DNA from: Candidatus Diapherotrites archaeon CG10_big_fil_rev_8_21_14_0_10_31_34
GTDB taxonomy: Archaea > Iainarchaeota > Iainarchaeia > Iainarchaeales > 1-14-0-10-31-34
Assembly: GCA_002763225.1 (NCBI GenBank)
Contig: PFAI01000026.1
Coordinates: forward strand, 426 to 13,171
Direction: 5' to 3'
DNA length: 12,746 bases
Shown: piece after piece, positions 1 through 7,205 of the stretch
Numbering within the stretch: position 1 is the first letter of the stretch
How the letters are laid out: each line of letters opens with the position of its first letter
Program-made: the position numbers and the translations under genes
Notes under the pieces: model-generated
Told to the model about the DNA's origin: nothing
Seen by the model: the letters and a program-made list of their open reading frames with translations, nothing else
Database searches by the model: none

Positions 1-40
1 TTGCACAAGAAATCAAAAAAAAGAAACTGATTTTACTTTT

Positions 41-475
41 TTATTTAACTTCAATCCAGAACCAGACTGAATAAGGTTCTTCCATTTCAGGCTTGGAAAC
101 TTCAATAACAAATTTTTGTTTTCCATCAGTTGGCTCAGTAAAAGAAATTTCTTCAGTAATTCTCTTTTTTTCTCCGTTTTCAACTGAAACAGTTCTTTCA
201 AAAAAATTCACTTGTTCGCCTTCAAAAAACATTTTGTATTCATATTCAACTGTTTTGTCTTCTCTGTTATCTATTTCAAATACAACCTGAATTTTTTCAT
301 CAACTTGAGCTGAATTCACAATTTTATCTGGAATCAAATAAACCTGGGTAAAAGTTTCCGGCTTGACATTCAAATAAGAGTAAATCATTAAGAAACCCAA
401 AACTATAATTAAAACCACTACAAGGCCTTTAAACAAAAAATCATCTGTTTTATCATCAGTTTTATCTGAATCCAT
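41..475 (-). CDS. Single-pass membrane protein with DUF1616-like (Ig/CARDB-like) extracellular domain
   Basis: 144-aa ORF with an N-terminal hydrophobic helix (FLFKGLVVVLIIVLGFLMIYSYL). It is followed by ETFTQVYL...VVFEIDNRE..TVEYEY and ends in VWFWIEVK, resembling from memory the C-terminal part of archaeal DUF1616 proteins. A TATA box lies 23 nt upstream. Confidence 0.7.
   Translation of the reverse strand: MDSDKTDDKTDDFLFKGLVVVLIIVLGFLMIYSYLNVKPETFTQVYLIPDKIVNSAQVDEKIQVVFEIDNREDKTVEYEYKMFFEGEQVNFFERTVSVENGEKKRITEEISFTEPTDGKQKFVIEVSKPEMEEPYSVWFWIEVK
441..466. repeat. 12-bp imperfect tandem duplication encoding DKTD-DKTD
   Basis: tcatctgtttta followed by tcatcagtttta (one mismatch) at the 5' end of the 41..475 gene. 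Confidence 0.7.
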
Positions 476-490
476 GTATAATAAAATAAA

Positions 491-514
491 GGAAATAGTA
501 TTTAATGCTTTTCA
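491..514. promoter_or_regulatory. Bidirectional archaeal BRE/TATA promoter
   Basis: tatttaat at 499-506 lies 23 nt from the minus-strand ATG at 475 and 23 nt from the plus-strand ATG at 530. Purine-rich BRE-like runs flank it on both strands (ggaaa on +, gaaaag on -). Confidence 0.55.
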
Positions 515-529
515 GGGAAAATGATTAAT

Positions 530-1069
530 ATGGCAAAAGAACAGGCAAGAATTTTATTTGAAGACCTTAATCCTGAACTAAAAAAAACAGTGAAAGAAAT
601 AAAGTCATTCAGAAGAATCAGGAGTGCAATGGAAATCGCGTTCTTTATCGGATCAACTTCTGCAGGATACTTTATTTTAGCTCCAGCCTCTGCTTTGCTC
701 AGAAAAGAAGCAGTAAAAGAAATAAAAAAAGAATACGAAAAACTGGCTGAACTAACTCAGGAAAAAGGCTTTTTTAAATCAGGCGAAAAAAAAGGAAAAT
801 ATCCAGGAGAATGGAATTTCAATCACGAAAAAGTAATAGAAAAATTTCCTGTAATGCATGTTAACAGAAGAGGAGACTTAATTTTCAGGAAACCCACAAA
901 AACAGAATGGATTAAAATGAAACTGCATGTGGGAAGATACAGAAAGCTTTTTAAAAAACCAAAAACCCCTGAAGAACTTTTTTTAGAGCGAATCAAGAAA
1001 GGAGAGACAAAAAAAGAAAAAAAATTTAATTCAATCAGGGAAAGGCTGAAAAAAATTATGAGAAAATAA
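530..1069 (+). CDS. Hypothetical lysine-rich protein with one weakly hydrophobic segment
   Basis: ORF track gives 521..1069 (182 aa). The ATG at 530 is preferred on TATA spacing. No recognisable motif; a T-tract follows the stop (1077-1088). Confidence 0.65.
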   Translation: MAKEQARILFEDLNPELKKTVKEIKSFRRIRSAMEIAFFIGSTSAGYFILAPASALLRKEAVKEIKKEYEKLAELTQEKGFFKSGEKKGKYPGEWNFNHEKVIEKFPVMHVNRRGDLIFRKPTKTEWIKMKLHVGRYRKLFKKPKTPEELFLERIKKGETKKEKKFNSIRERLKKIMRK

Positions 1070-1096
1070 TTAATTATTTTATTTTTTTGGTTCAGT

Positions 1097-1822
1097 TCAG
1101 GCAGTCTTTAAATTAAGTTTTTCAATTCCTTTTTCTTTTAATTCCGAATAAAACTCTTTTATTGTTGAAAAAGTTTTCCAGTTGTTTTTTTCAGCAATTT
1201 TTTTTAGTTCTTTATCAGGCTGAACGCAGACAGGAAACTCAACTTCTTGCATCATAAAAGAATCCTGGTCTGAATCCCCAAAAGCAAAAGACTTTTTTGT
1301 ATCAAGATTTTTTTCTTTAATTAAATCCAGTAAAATCTCTTTTTTTGTTTCATGCCCCCACATTTGATTCAACAGGTTTCCGGTGTAAACTCCTTTTTTT
1401 ACTTCAAATTTTGTTCCAATAACCAGATCAAAAGGCAGTTTAGTTTTTAATTCCTCTAAGATTTCTTCAAATGACCTGGAAATTGCAATCAAATAATAAT
1501 CTTTGTTTTTCAGGTAATTCATTACTTCAATTGAACCGGGAAAAATCTTGTCGTATTCTTTCATGAATTCTTTTGCCTGTTCTTCAATTTCTTTTTTGTT
1601 TTTTCCTTTAAAGCCTTCAGCCCATGCATTTAAAATATAATTTCCTCTTTCACTCCAAGAAATCTTTCCTGACCCATGATGCCTGATTGTAGTTTGAATT
1701 TCATTTAAAACCTTTTTTGGAAACTTTTTTCTTTTCACAAGCCATTCAATAAAGTCAGTCGGAATAGCCATTTCCAGTAAAGTTCCATCAACATCAAAAA
1801 CCGCAAACTTCATAAACATCAT
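1097..1822 (-). CDS. HAD-superfamily subfamily IB phosphatase (SerB/PSPase-like)
   Basis: HAD motif I FDVDGTL, motif II ISRS, motif III Lys (TKK) and motif IV GDSDQD, plus the family-typical G.YTG segment. The track start at 1858 overlaps the upstream gene; the ATGs at 1822/1819/1813, just after the upstream stop, are more likely. Confidence 0.88.
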   Translation of the reverse strand: MMFMKFAVFDVDGTLLEMAIPTDFIEWLVKRKKFPKKVLNEIQTTIRHHGSGKISWSERGNYILNAWAEGFKGKNKKEIEEQAKEFMKEYDKIFPGSIEVMNYLKNKDYYLIAISRSFEEILEELKTKLPFDLVIGTKFEVKKGVYTGNLLNQMWGHETKKEILLDLIKEKNLDTKKSFAFGDSDQDSFMMQEVEFPVCVQPDKELKKIAEKNNWKTFSTIKEFYSELKEKGIEKLNLKTA

Positions 1823-1826
1823 TTTT

Positions 1827-4205
1827 TTATTTTTGTTTTTTGATTGAATGGCCTCCAAACTGTTCTCTTAAAGCAGAAAGAATTTTTCCGGTATAACTGG
1901 GGTTTTTTTCAGATAAAATTCTGAACTTTAATGCATCTTCAATTACCTGAGTTTTAACTTTTAATTCTTTTGCTGTTTTAACAGTCCATTCGCCTTCACC
2001 TGTATGCGAAACTACGCCAGAAACTTTTTCAAGATTTTTTCCATGCAATTCAAAAGCTTTTTTCAGCCAGTCAATTAATCTTGATTCAATTACACTTCCA
2101 TTATTGTATATTTCTGCTACATTCTGCAAATTCAGATTAAAATCTGATTTTTTCATTACCTCAAATCCTTCTGCAATAGACTGCATCATCCCATATTCAA
2201 TTCCATTATGAATCATTTTAACAAAATGCCCTGCTCCTGCTCCATCAAAAAACTTGTAACCGTTTTTTTGAGCTAAATCAGAAAACAAAAATTCCAGTTT
2301 ATCAAATAATTGTTTTTTTCCTCCAATCATAATACAAGAACCATATAATGCTCCATAAGGCCCTCCGGAAACTCCTGCATCAATAAAATTAATTTTTTGT
2401 TTTTCCAGTTTCTTAAATCTTTTAACTGAATCCTTGTAAAAAGAGTTTCCACCGTCAATTATAATGTCATCTTTTTTAAGATAATTAATTAAGCCTTTTT
2501 CTCCAAACAAAACTTCTTCAACTGGTTTTCCTGCAGGCACCATAACCCAAACAAGTTTTGGACTTGAAAGAGAATCAGTTAATTCTTTAATTGAATTAAA
2601 TGCATTTAATCCTTCTTTTTCTAATTCTTTTGTTTCTTTTAAATCCTTGTTATACCCTGAAACCTTCCAGCCTTTTTTCATTAATCTTCGAGCAATATTG
2701 CCTCCCATTTTCCCCAAGCCAATTACCCCAATTTCTTTTTTCAATATTTCTTTTGGCGGTTCTTCAGAGTTATTAATAAACATTGATTCAAGAATTGGCT
2801 TGTCTGTTCCGGAAGAATACTTTTTCAGCGGAACAAGATTTTTGTCCCAAGAATTAATTATCGGGTCAGTGTAACGCCACATTTCTTTTATTTCTTCAAC
2901 TGAAACAAATAAAGTCTGGTCTCCTGCAATACAATCCAGCAGTAATTGTTCATACTCCTCAATATACTGAATTCTGTTTTCCTGGTCTCTTAAAAGAAAA
3001 CTAAAAACCCTGTTTTCTATTTCAAAATCAAATCCGGGTTTTTTAGAAGAAAAATTCAAAGTAATTTCTTCTTTTGGCTCCAAAGTAAACACGATTTTAT
3101 TTTTATAGTGTTTTCCTTCAGGGCAAAGACAGGGAACAGGATGCCTGAAAGTAACAATAATTTCTTTTCTTTGTTCTTTCAAATTTTTTCCGCTTTCCAG
3201 AATTATTGGTGTCCCATGCCATCTGGGCGAATCCAAGAAAGCTCTTGTTTTGAAATAAGTTTCAATATTAGAGTTTTTTTTAACTCCCGGAATTGAAGTG
3301 TAATCATCAAACTGGGCTCTAAAAGAAAAATTTTTTATTTCTTTTTCTGTTGGAGTAATTAATAATTTTAATATTTCAGCTCTTTTAGCTCTGATTGATT
3401 CAGCCTTAAATTCAGTTGGATGCTCCATTGTAGCTAAAGCAAGCATTTGAAGCAAATGATTTTGTCCTACGTCTCTTAAAGCACCAAAATTATCATAAAA
3501 TTCTCCTCTCTGCTTTACTCCTATCTTCTCCCATAACTTAATTTCAATTTTTTCAATAAAACCTGAATGCCAGCTTTTTTCAAAAATATTATTAGAGAAA
3601 CGAAAACTCAAAATGTTTTGAAGCATTTCTTTTCCTAAATAATGGTCAATAATGTAAATTTGTTTTTCTTTAAACAATTTTCCTAATAAAGCATCAAGTT
3701 CTTTTGAAGTCTTTAAATTTTCTCCAAAAGGCTTTTCAACAATAACTCTTGTCCAGCCTTCTTTTGGACCGCAAAGCTGAGTTAAACCTGAATCAGATAA
3801 ATTATTGAAAATTGATTCATAAAATTTCGGTGAAGCAGCAACATAAAAAAGCTTGTTAGAACAAATCCCCCATGAATCATCTAATTGCTTAATGATTTTA
3901 GAAATTTTTTCATAATCTTTTTTGTTTTCAAATAATCCCTGAGTATAAGAAAGATGTTCAAGAAACTCTTTAAGAATTTTTTCATCTAATTTTTCGCCTT
4001 TATGTTTTTTGATTATATTAGAAACATATTTTTGAAATTCATTTTTAGGGCAAGGGTCTTTAGCAAATCCTACTAATTTAAAATATTCAGGCAGTTCCTG
4101 TTTTTCAAATAAATGAAACAAAGCAGGAATAATTTTTCTTTTCATTAAGTCTCCGGTTGCACCTAAAGCAATCAAAATAGTCGGAATATTATTATTAGCT
4201 TTCAT
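1827..4205 (-). CDS. zwf-gnd: Fused glucose-6-phosphate dehydrogenase (N-terminal, about aa 1-470) and short-type 6-phosphogluconate dehydrogenase (C-terminal, about aa 489-792)
   Basis: Zwf motifs GATGDL, EKPFG, IDHYLGKE and RDVGQNHLLQ. Gnd motifs IGLGKMG, IDGGNS, DAGVSGG, GAGHFVKMIHNGIEYG and ALREQFGGH. One uninterrupted frame with linker INNSEEPPKEI. Confidence 0.95.
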   Translation of the reverse strand: MKANNNIPTILIALGATGDLMKRKIIPALFHLFEKQELPEYFKLVGFAKDPCPKNEFQKYVSNIIKKHKGEKLDEKILKEFLEHLSYTQGLFENKKDYEKISKIIKQLDDSWGICSNKLFYVAASPKFYESIFNNLSDSGLTQLCGPKEGWTRVIVEKPFGENLKTSKELDALLGKLFKEKQIYIIDHYLGKEMLQNILSFRFSNNIFEKSWHSGFIEKIEIKLWEKIGVKQRGEFYDNFGALRDVGQNHLLQMLALATMEHPTEFKAESIRAKRAEILKLLITPTEKEIKNFSFRAQFDDYTSIPGVKKNSNIETYFKTRAFLDSPRWHGTPIILESGKNLKEQRKEIIVTFRHPVPCLCPEGKHYKNKIVFTLEPKEEITLNFSSKKPGFDFEIENRVFSFLLRDQENRIQYIEEYEQLLLDCIAGDQTLFVSVEEIKEMWRYTDPIINSWDKNLVPLKKYSSGTDKPILESMFINNSEEPPKEILKKEIGVIGLGKMGGNIARRLMKKGWKVSGYNKDLKETKELEKEGLNAFNSIKELTDSLSSPKLVWVMVPAGKPVEEVLFGEKGLINYLKKDDIIIDGGNSFYKDSVKRFKKLEKQKINFIDAGVSGGPYGALYGSCIMIGGKKQLFDKLEFLFSDLAQKNGYKFFDGAGAGHFVKMIHNGIEYGMMQSIAEGFEVMKKSDFNLNLQNVAEIYNNGSVIESRLIDWLKKAFELHGKNLEKVSGVVSHTGEGEWTVKTAKELKVKTQVIEDALKFRILSEKNPSYTGKILSALREQFGGHSIKKQK

Positions 4206-4357
4206 AACAAAAAAAAGAAGCGAAAAAGTTAAATTTGGATAAACTCAGCCAAAAAAAACAATTAAAAAAGAATCAAATTCAAATAAACATGAAAATGCTA
4301 AAATAACAAAAAAAACCTGATTTTCATTCTGTAAAATAAATCCAAACCAAAAAAAAA

Positions 4358-4558
4358 TCAGATTTTTCTTATTCCGTCGCACATCGGGAAAGCCTTGCAG
4401 CCCCAAAAAGCACCGAATTTTCCTTTTCTAATAGTCATTTCCAGTTTGCAGTTAGGACACAAAGGAAACTTAATTGAAGATTTTGCATGCCTTGAACACA
4501 CAGGAATTCCTTTTGAATTTAATTTTGTTGCAGTATTACCGCATTCAGCGCAATTCAT
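4358..4558 (-). CDS. Small double zinc-finger protein with C-terminal topoisomerase I-type C4 zinc ribbon
   Basis: 66 aa: CAEC...CSRH, then CPNC..EMTIRKGKFGAFWGCKAFPMC, which matches the zf-C4_Topoisom pattern. A T-tract follows the stop on the minus strand. Confidence 0.85.
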   Translation of the reverse strand: MNCAECGNTATKLNSKGIPVCSRHAKSSIKFPLCPNCKLEMTIRKGKFGAFWGCKAFPMCDGIRKI

Positions 4559-4606
4559 TTAAACCAGAAAAAGAAAAAAAGAAAGAAAAGAATTTAAAGG
4601 CATTGG

Positions 4607-4613
4607 AAAAAAA
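4607..4613 (-). terminator. Oligo-T terminator after tRNA-Thr
   Basis: Run of T on the minus strand directly after the discriminator base. Confidence 0.55.
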
Positions 4614-4685
4614 AGCTGGCGAAGGGACTTGCACCCCCAACCTTTGCTTTACGAAAGCAATGCACTGCTATTGTGCTACGCCAGC
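4614..4685 (-). tRNA. tRNA-Thr(CGU), intronless, CCA not encoded
   Basis: Minus strand folds as GCTGGCG TA GCAC AATAGCA GTGC A TTGCT TTCGTAA AGCAA AGGTT GGGGG TGCAAGT CCCTT CGCCAGC T. It has a perfect 7-bp acceptor stem, a 4-bp D stem, a 5-bp anticodon stem with CGT, C2-G71 and a U73 discriminator. Confidence 0.92.
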
Positions 4686-4774
4686 AAAACTGTTCTGCCA
4701 GTTCACATACATTCATTATTTTCGCTTTTCAGCTAAATAGCGCTGCACTAAAAAATTATGTTAAAAACAGTTTA

Positions 4775-6271
4775 TTAAATTTCTTTAAACGTTGTTTTGC
4801 CTGTTGAAAGCTTCCACAATAGTTCAGGCAGAGAATTAATTGAAACTCTTTTTTGTTCAGTTGAATCCCTTTCACGCAAAGTAACAGTCTGGTCTTTCAA
4901 AGAATCAAAATCAAAAGTAATTGCAAAAGAAACACCAATTTCATCTATTCTGGCATAACGTTTTCCTATAGAACCTTTTGAATCAAAAAAAACAGAAATC
5001 TTGTATTCCAGCAAATTATCATATAATTCTTTTGCTTTTTCATACAAACCGTCTTTGCTGACTAAAGGAAATATTCCAGCAACAAAAGGAGCCACTTTAG
5101 GGCTCAAAGAAAGATACAAACGTTTTTCTCCTTTTTTTTCTTCTTCTTTCAAAGCTAATTCAAGCAAAACATAAAGGGTTCTGTCTACTCCGGCAGACAT
5201 TTCATATACATGAGGAAAAAATTCTTGGTCTTCTTCTTTTATTTTCAGATTAGCTGAAGAAACTTTTGAATGACCTTTTAAATCATAATCAGTTCGATAA
5301 TTGTTTGCAACTAATTCAATCCATCCAAGAGAAGTTTCAACTTCAAAATCCCAGCCTTCTTTAGCATAAAAAGCTCTTTCCTCTGAATCAACTTCCCTGA
5401 ACCTTAATTTTTCTTTTGGAATTCCTAATCCTTCATAAAATTTTTGAATTTTTGAAAGATAATAAGCAATTAATTTTCCTGAAACAATTTTTTTTGAAAC
5501 TAAATCTTTTGCTTTAATTAATTCTTCTTTCTTTTTTCCTTCCAACAAAACTCTTACCTCAAAATTTTCTATTTCCTTAAAATTTTCTGTTTCATTTATT
5601 TTAAATGGATTAAAAAACACTTCAATTTCCATTTGATTAATTTCTCTGATACGGAGAATTGAATTTCTTGGGGCAATTTCGTTTCTAAAACATTTTCCTG
5701 TCTGGGCAATTCCAAATGGAAGATTTTTTCTCATTGTTTTTTGGATTCGACTGAAATTCAAAAAAATGTTCTGGCAAGTCTCAGGCCTTAAGTAACCTTT
5801 GAGTTTTCCTGTTGCACCAATATCTAATCCCATCATTAAATTAAATTTTCTTGTTTTACCTAATTCGCCTTTACAAGAAGGACATTTTATTTTTTGTTTT
5901 TGAATTAATTCATCAAATCTTTCAACAGGAGTTCCTTCAGTTAACTCAAATTCTTCTCCAAGCAAAGAATCCGCACGATGAAGTGCATGACATTTTAAAC
6001 ACTGGACAAGAGGATCATTAAAATTATCTAAATGCCCTGAAGCCTTAAACACTTTTTCTGGAAGGATTTGACAGCCATCAATTTCAACAAAACCTTCTTT
6101 TTCAACCAAATCTTTTCTCCACGCATCAAGAATTCGGTTTTTTATTGCTGTTCCATAAAAGCCATAATCCCAGAAACCACTAAATGAGTCTCCGTAAATC
6201 TCGGCTGAAGGAAAAAAAATACTTTTCCTTAAAGCCAAATCCATTAAAACTTCAGACTTTTTTTGTGCCAT
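4775..6271 (-). CDS. glyS: Glycine--tRNA ligase, alpha2 (archaeal/eukaryotic) type
   Basis: Motifs FWDYG, ASGHLDNFNDP, LRPETCQ, FRNEIAPR, RIREINQMEIE and EMSAGVDR, with a C-terminal anticodon-binding domain (GSIGKRYARIDEIG...TVTLRERDS). Confidence 0.97.
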   Translation of the reverse strand: MAQKKSEVLMDLALRKSIFFPSAEIYGDSFSGFWDYGFYGTAIKNRILDAWRKDLVEKEGFVEIDGCQILPEKVFKASGHLDNFNDPLVQCLKCHALHRADSLLGEEFELTEGTPVERFDELIQKQKIKCPSCKGELGKTRKFNLMMGLDIGATGKLKGYLRPETCQNIFLNFSRIQKTMRKNLPFGIAQTGKCFRNEIAPRNSILRIREINQMEIEVFFNPFKINETENFKEIENFEVRVLLEGKKKEELIKAKDLVSKKIVSGKLIAYYLSKIQKFYEGLGIPKEKLRFREVDSEERAFYAKEGWDFEVETSLGWIELVANNYRTDYDLKGHSKVSSANLKIKEEDQEFFPHVYEMSAGVDRTLYVLLELALKEEEKKGEKRLYLSLSPKVAPFVAGIFPLVSKDGLYEKAKELYDNLLEYKISVFFDSKGSIGKRYARIDEIGVSFAITFDFDSLKDQTVTLRERDSTEQKRVSINSLPELLWKLSTGKTTFKEI

Positions 6272-6289
6272 AATATCAATTAACTTAGA

Positions 6290-6330
6290 ATTCTTTATAA
6301 ATAATTTGCGATAAAAAGCTTATAAGTGCA
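6290..6330. promoter_or_regulatory. Back-to-back promoters for glyS (-) and nop5 (+)
   Basis: Minus strand: cgcaaatta-tttataaa (TATA at 6294-6301), 22 nt from the glyS ATG. Plus strand: gataaaaag-cttataag (6319-6326). An SD-like aagtga precedes the nop5 ATG. Confidence 0.55.
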
Positions 6331-6386
6331 TCAAATAAATAAGGGATTAAAAGAAAATGCAATAAATAAAAAATTAAGTGATTTAA

Positions 6387-7205
6387 ATGAATAAAGAATT
6401 AAAAGCAAAATTAACCAAAAAAACCAAAGAAAGAGTTGCAGAAACATTTACAGCAAAAGACGTTCATGTAATCAAAGCAGTTTCTTTAATTGAAGAATTA
6501 GATAAAATGACTAACCTGATTTCAGAGAACACAAGAGAATGGTATTCAACTCATTTCCCTGAACTAAATTCTTTAGTTGAAGACAATGACATTTATTTAA
6601 ATCTTGTATTGCTTGGAAACCGAAAAAACTTCAATGAAAAAAATGTTTTAGAAGCATATAATAACAGAGAAAAAACAAAAAAAATTCTTGAAAAAGCAAA
6701 TCAATCAATGGGAGCAGAATTAAGCCAAGAAACTTTAACTCAAATCAAAGGACTGGCAGAAAAAGGATTAGAAATAAAAAAACAAAGAAATGAATTAACA
6801 AAATTCATTGAAAAAGAAATGAAAGAACTGCTTCCAAACTTTTCTGAATTAGCTGAACCATTAATTGGGGCAAGAATGCTTTTAAAAGCCGGTTCAATAA
6901 AAAAACTTGCTTTAATGCCTTCATCAACAATCCAATTGCTTGGAGCAGAAAAAGCATTATTTAATCACATTAAGTCAGGAGCAAAGCCTCCAAAATACGG
7001 TTATCTTTTTGGTCATCCAATGCTGAAACAAGTTAAAAGAAGCGAACAAGGAAAGTTTGCAAGGACTATGGCAGGAAAACTAAGCATTGCAATTAGAACA
7101 GATTTTTTTGGCGGAAAAGCAAATGCTGAAGAACTAAAAAAAGGATTAGAAAAAAGGATAACAGAATTAAACACAGAAAAAAAGAAAACAAATGAAACAA
7201 AATAA
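6387..7205 (+). CDS. nop5: Box C/D sRNP core protein Nop5 (Nop56/58 family), lacking most of the N-terminal domain
   Basis: Motifs REWYSTHFPEL, PSSTIQLLGAEKALF, PPKYG and GKFARTMAGKLSIAIRTD; adjacent to fibrillarin as is usual in archaea. Confidence 0.95.
   Translation: MNKELKAKLTKKTKERVAETFTAKDVHVIKAVSLIEELDKMTNLISENTREWYSTHFPELNSLVEDNDIYLNLVLLGNRKNFNEKNVLEAYNNREKTKKILEKANQSMGAELSQETLTQIKGLAEKGLEIKKQRNELTKFIEKEMKELLPNFSELAEPLIGARMLLKAGSIKKLALMPSSTIQLLGAEKALFNHIKSGAKPPKYGYLFGHPMLKQVKRSEQGKFARTMAGKLSIAIRTDFFGGKANAEELKKGLEKRITELNTEKKKTNETK

Noticed and set aside
13..290. Short ORFs 13..201 (-) and 93..290 (+)
   Set aside because: Alternate-frame and antisense shadows of the 41..475 gene, with no motifs.
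2647..3296. ORFs 2647..2874 and 3108..3296 (+)
   Set aside because: Antisense to the well-supported zwf-gnd gene.
4221..4327. Plus-strand BRE/TATA-like cgaaaaagttaaat followed by ATGAAAAT..CTGA..ATTTTCAT as a possible C/D sRNA
   Set aside because: No proper RTGATGA box, the would-be guide is nearly all A, and such motifs are expected by chance in AT-rich DNA.
1097..4613. Genomic island integrated at the tRNA-Thr 3' end carrying zwf-gnd
   Set aside because: No integrase, and by eye no duplicated tRNA 3' end (att site) or clear compositional shift in the window.
4474..4740. 88-aa ORF on +
   Set aside because: Antisense to the tRNA and the zinc-finger gene, and runs through low-complexity spacer.
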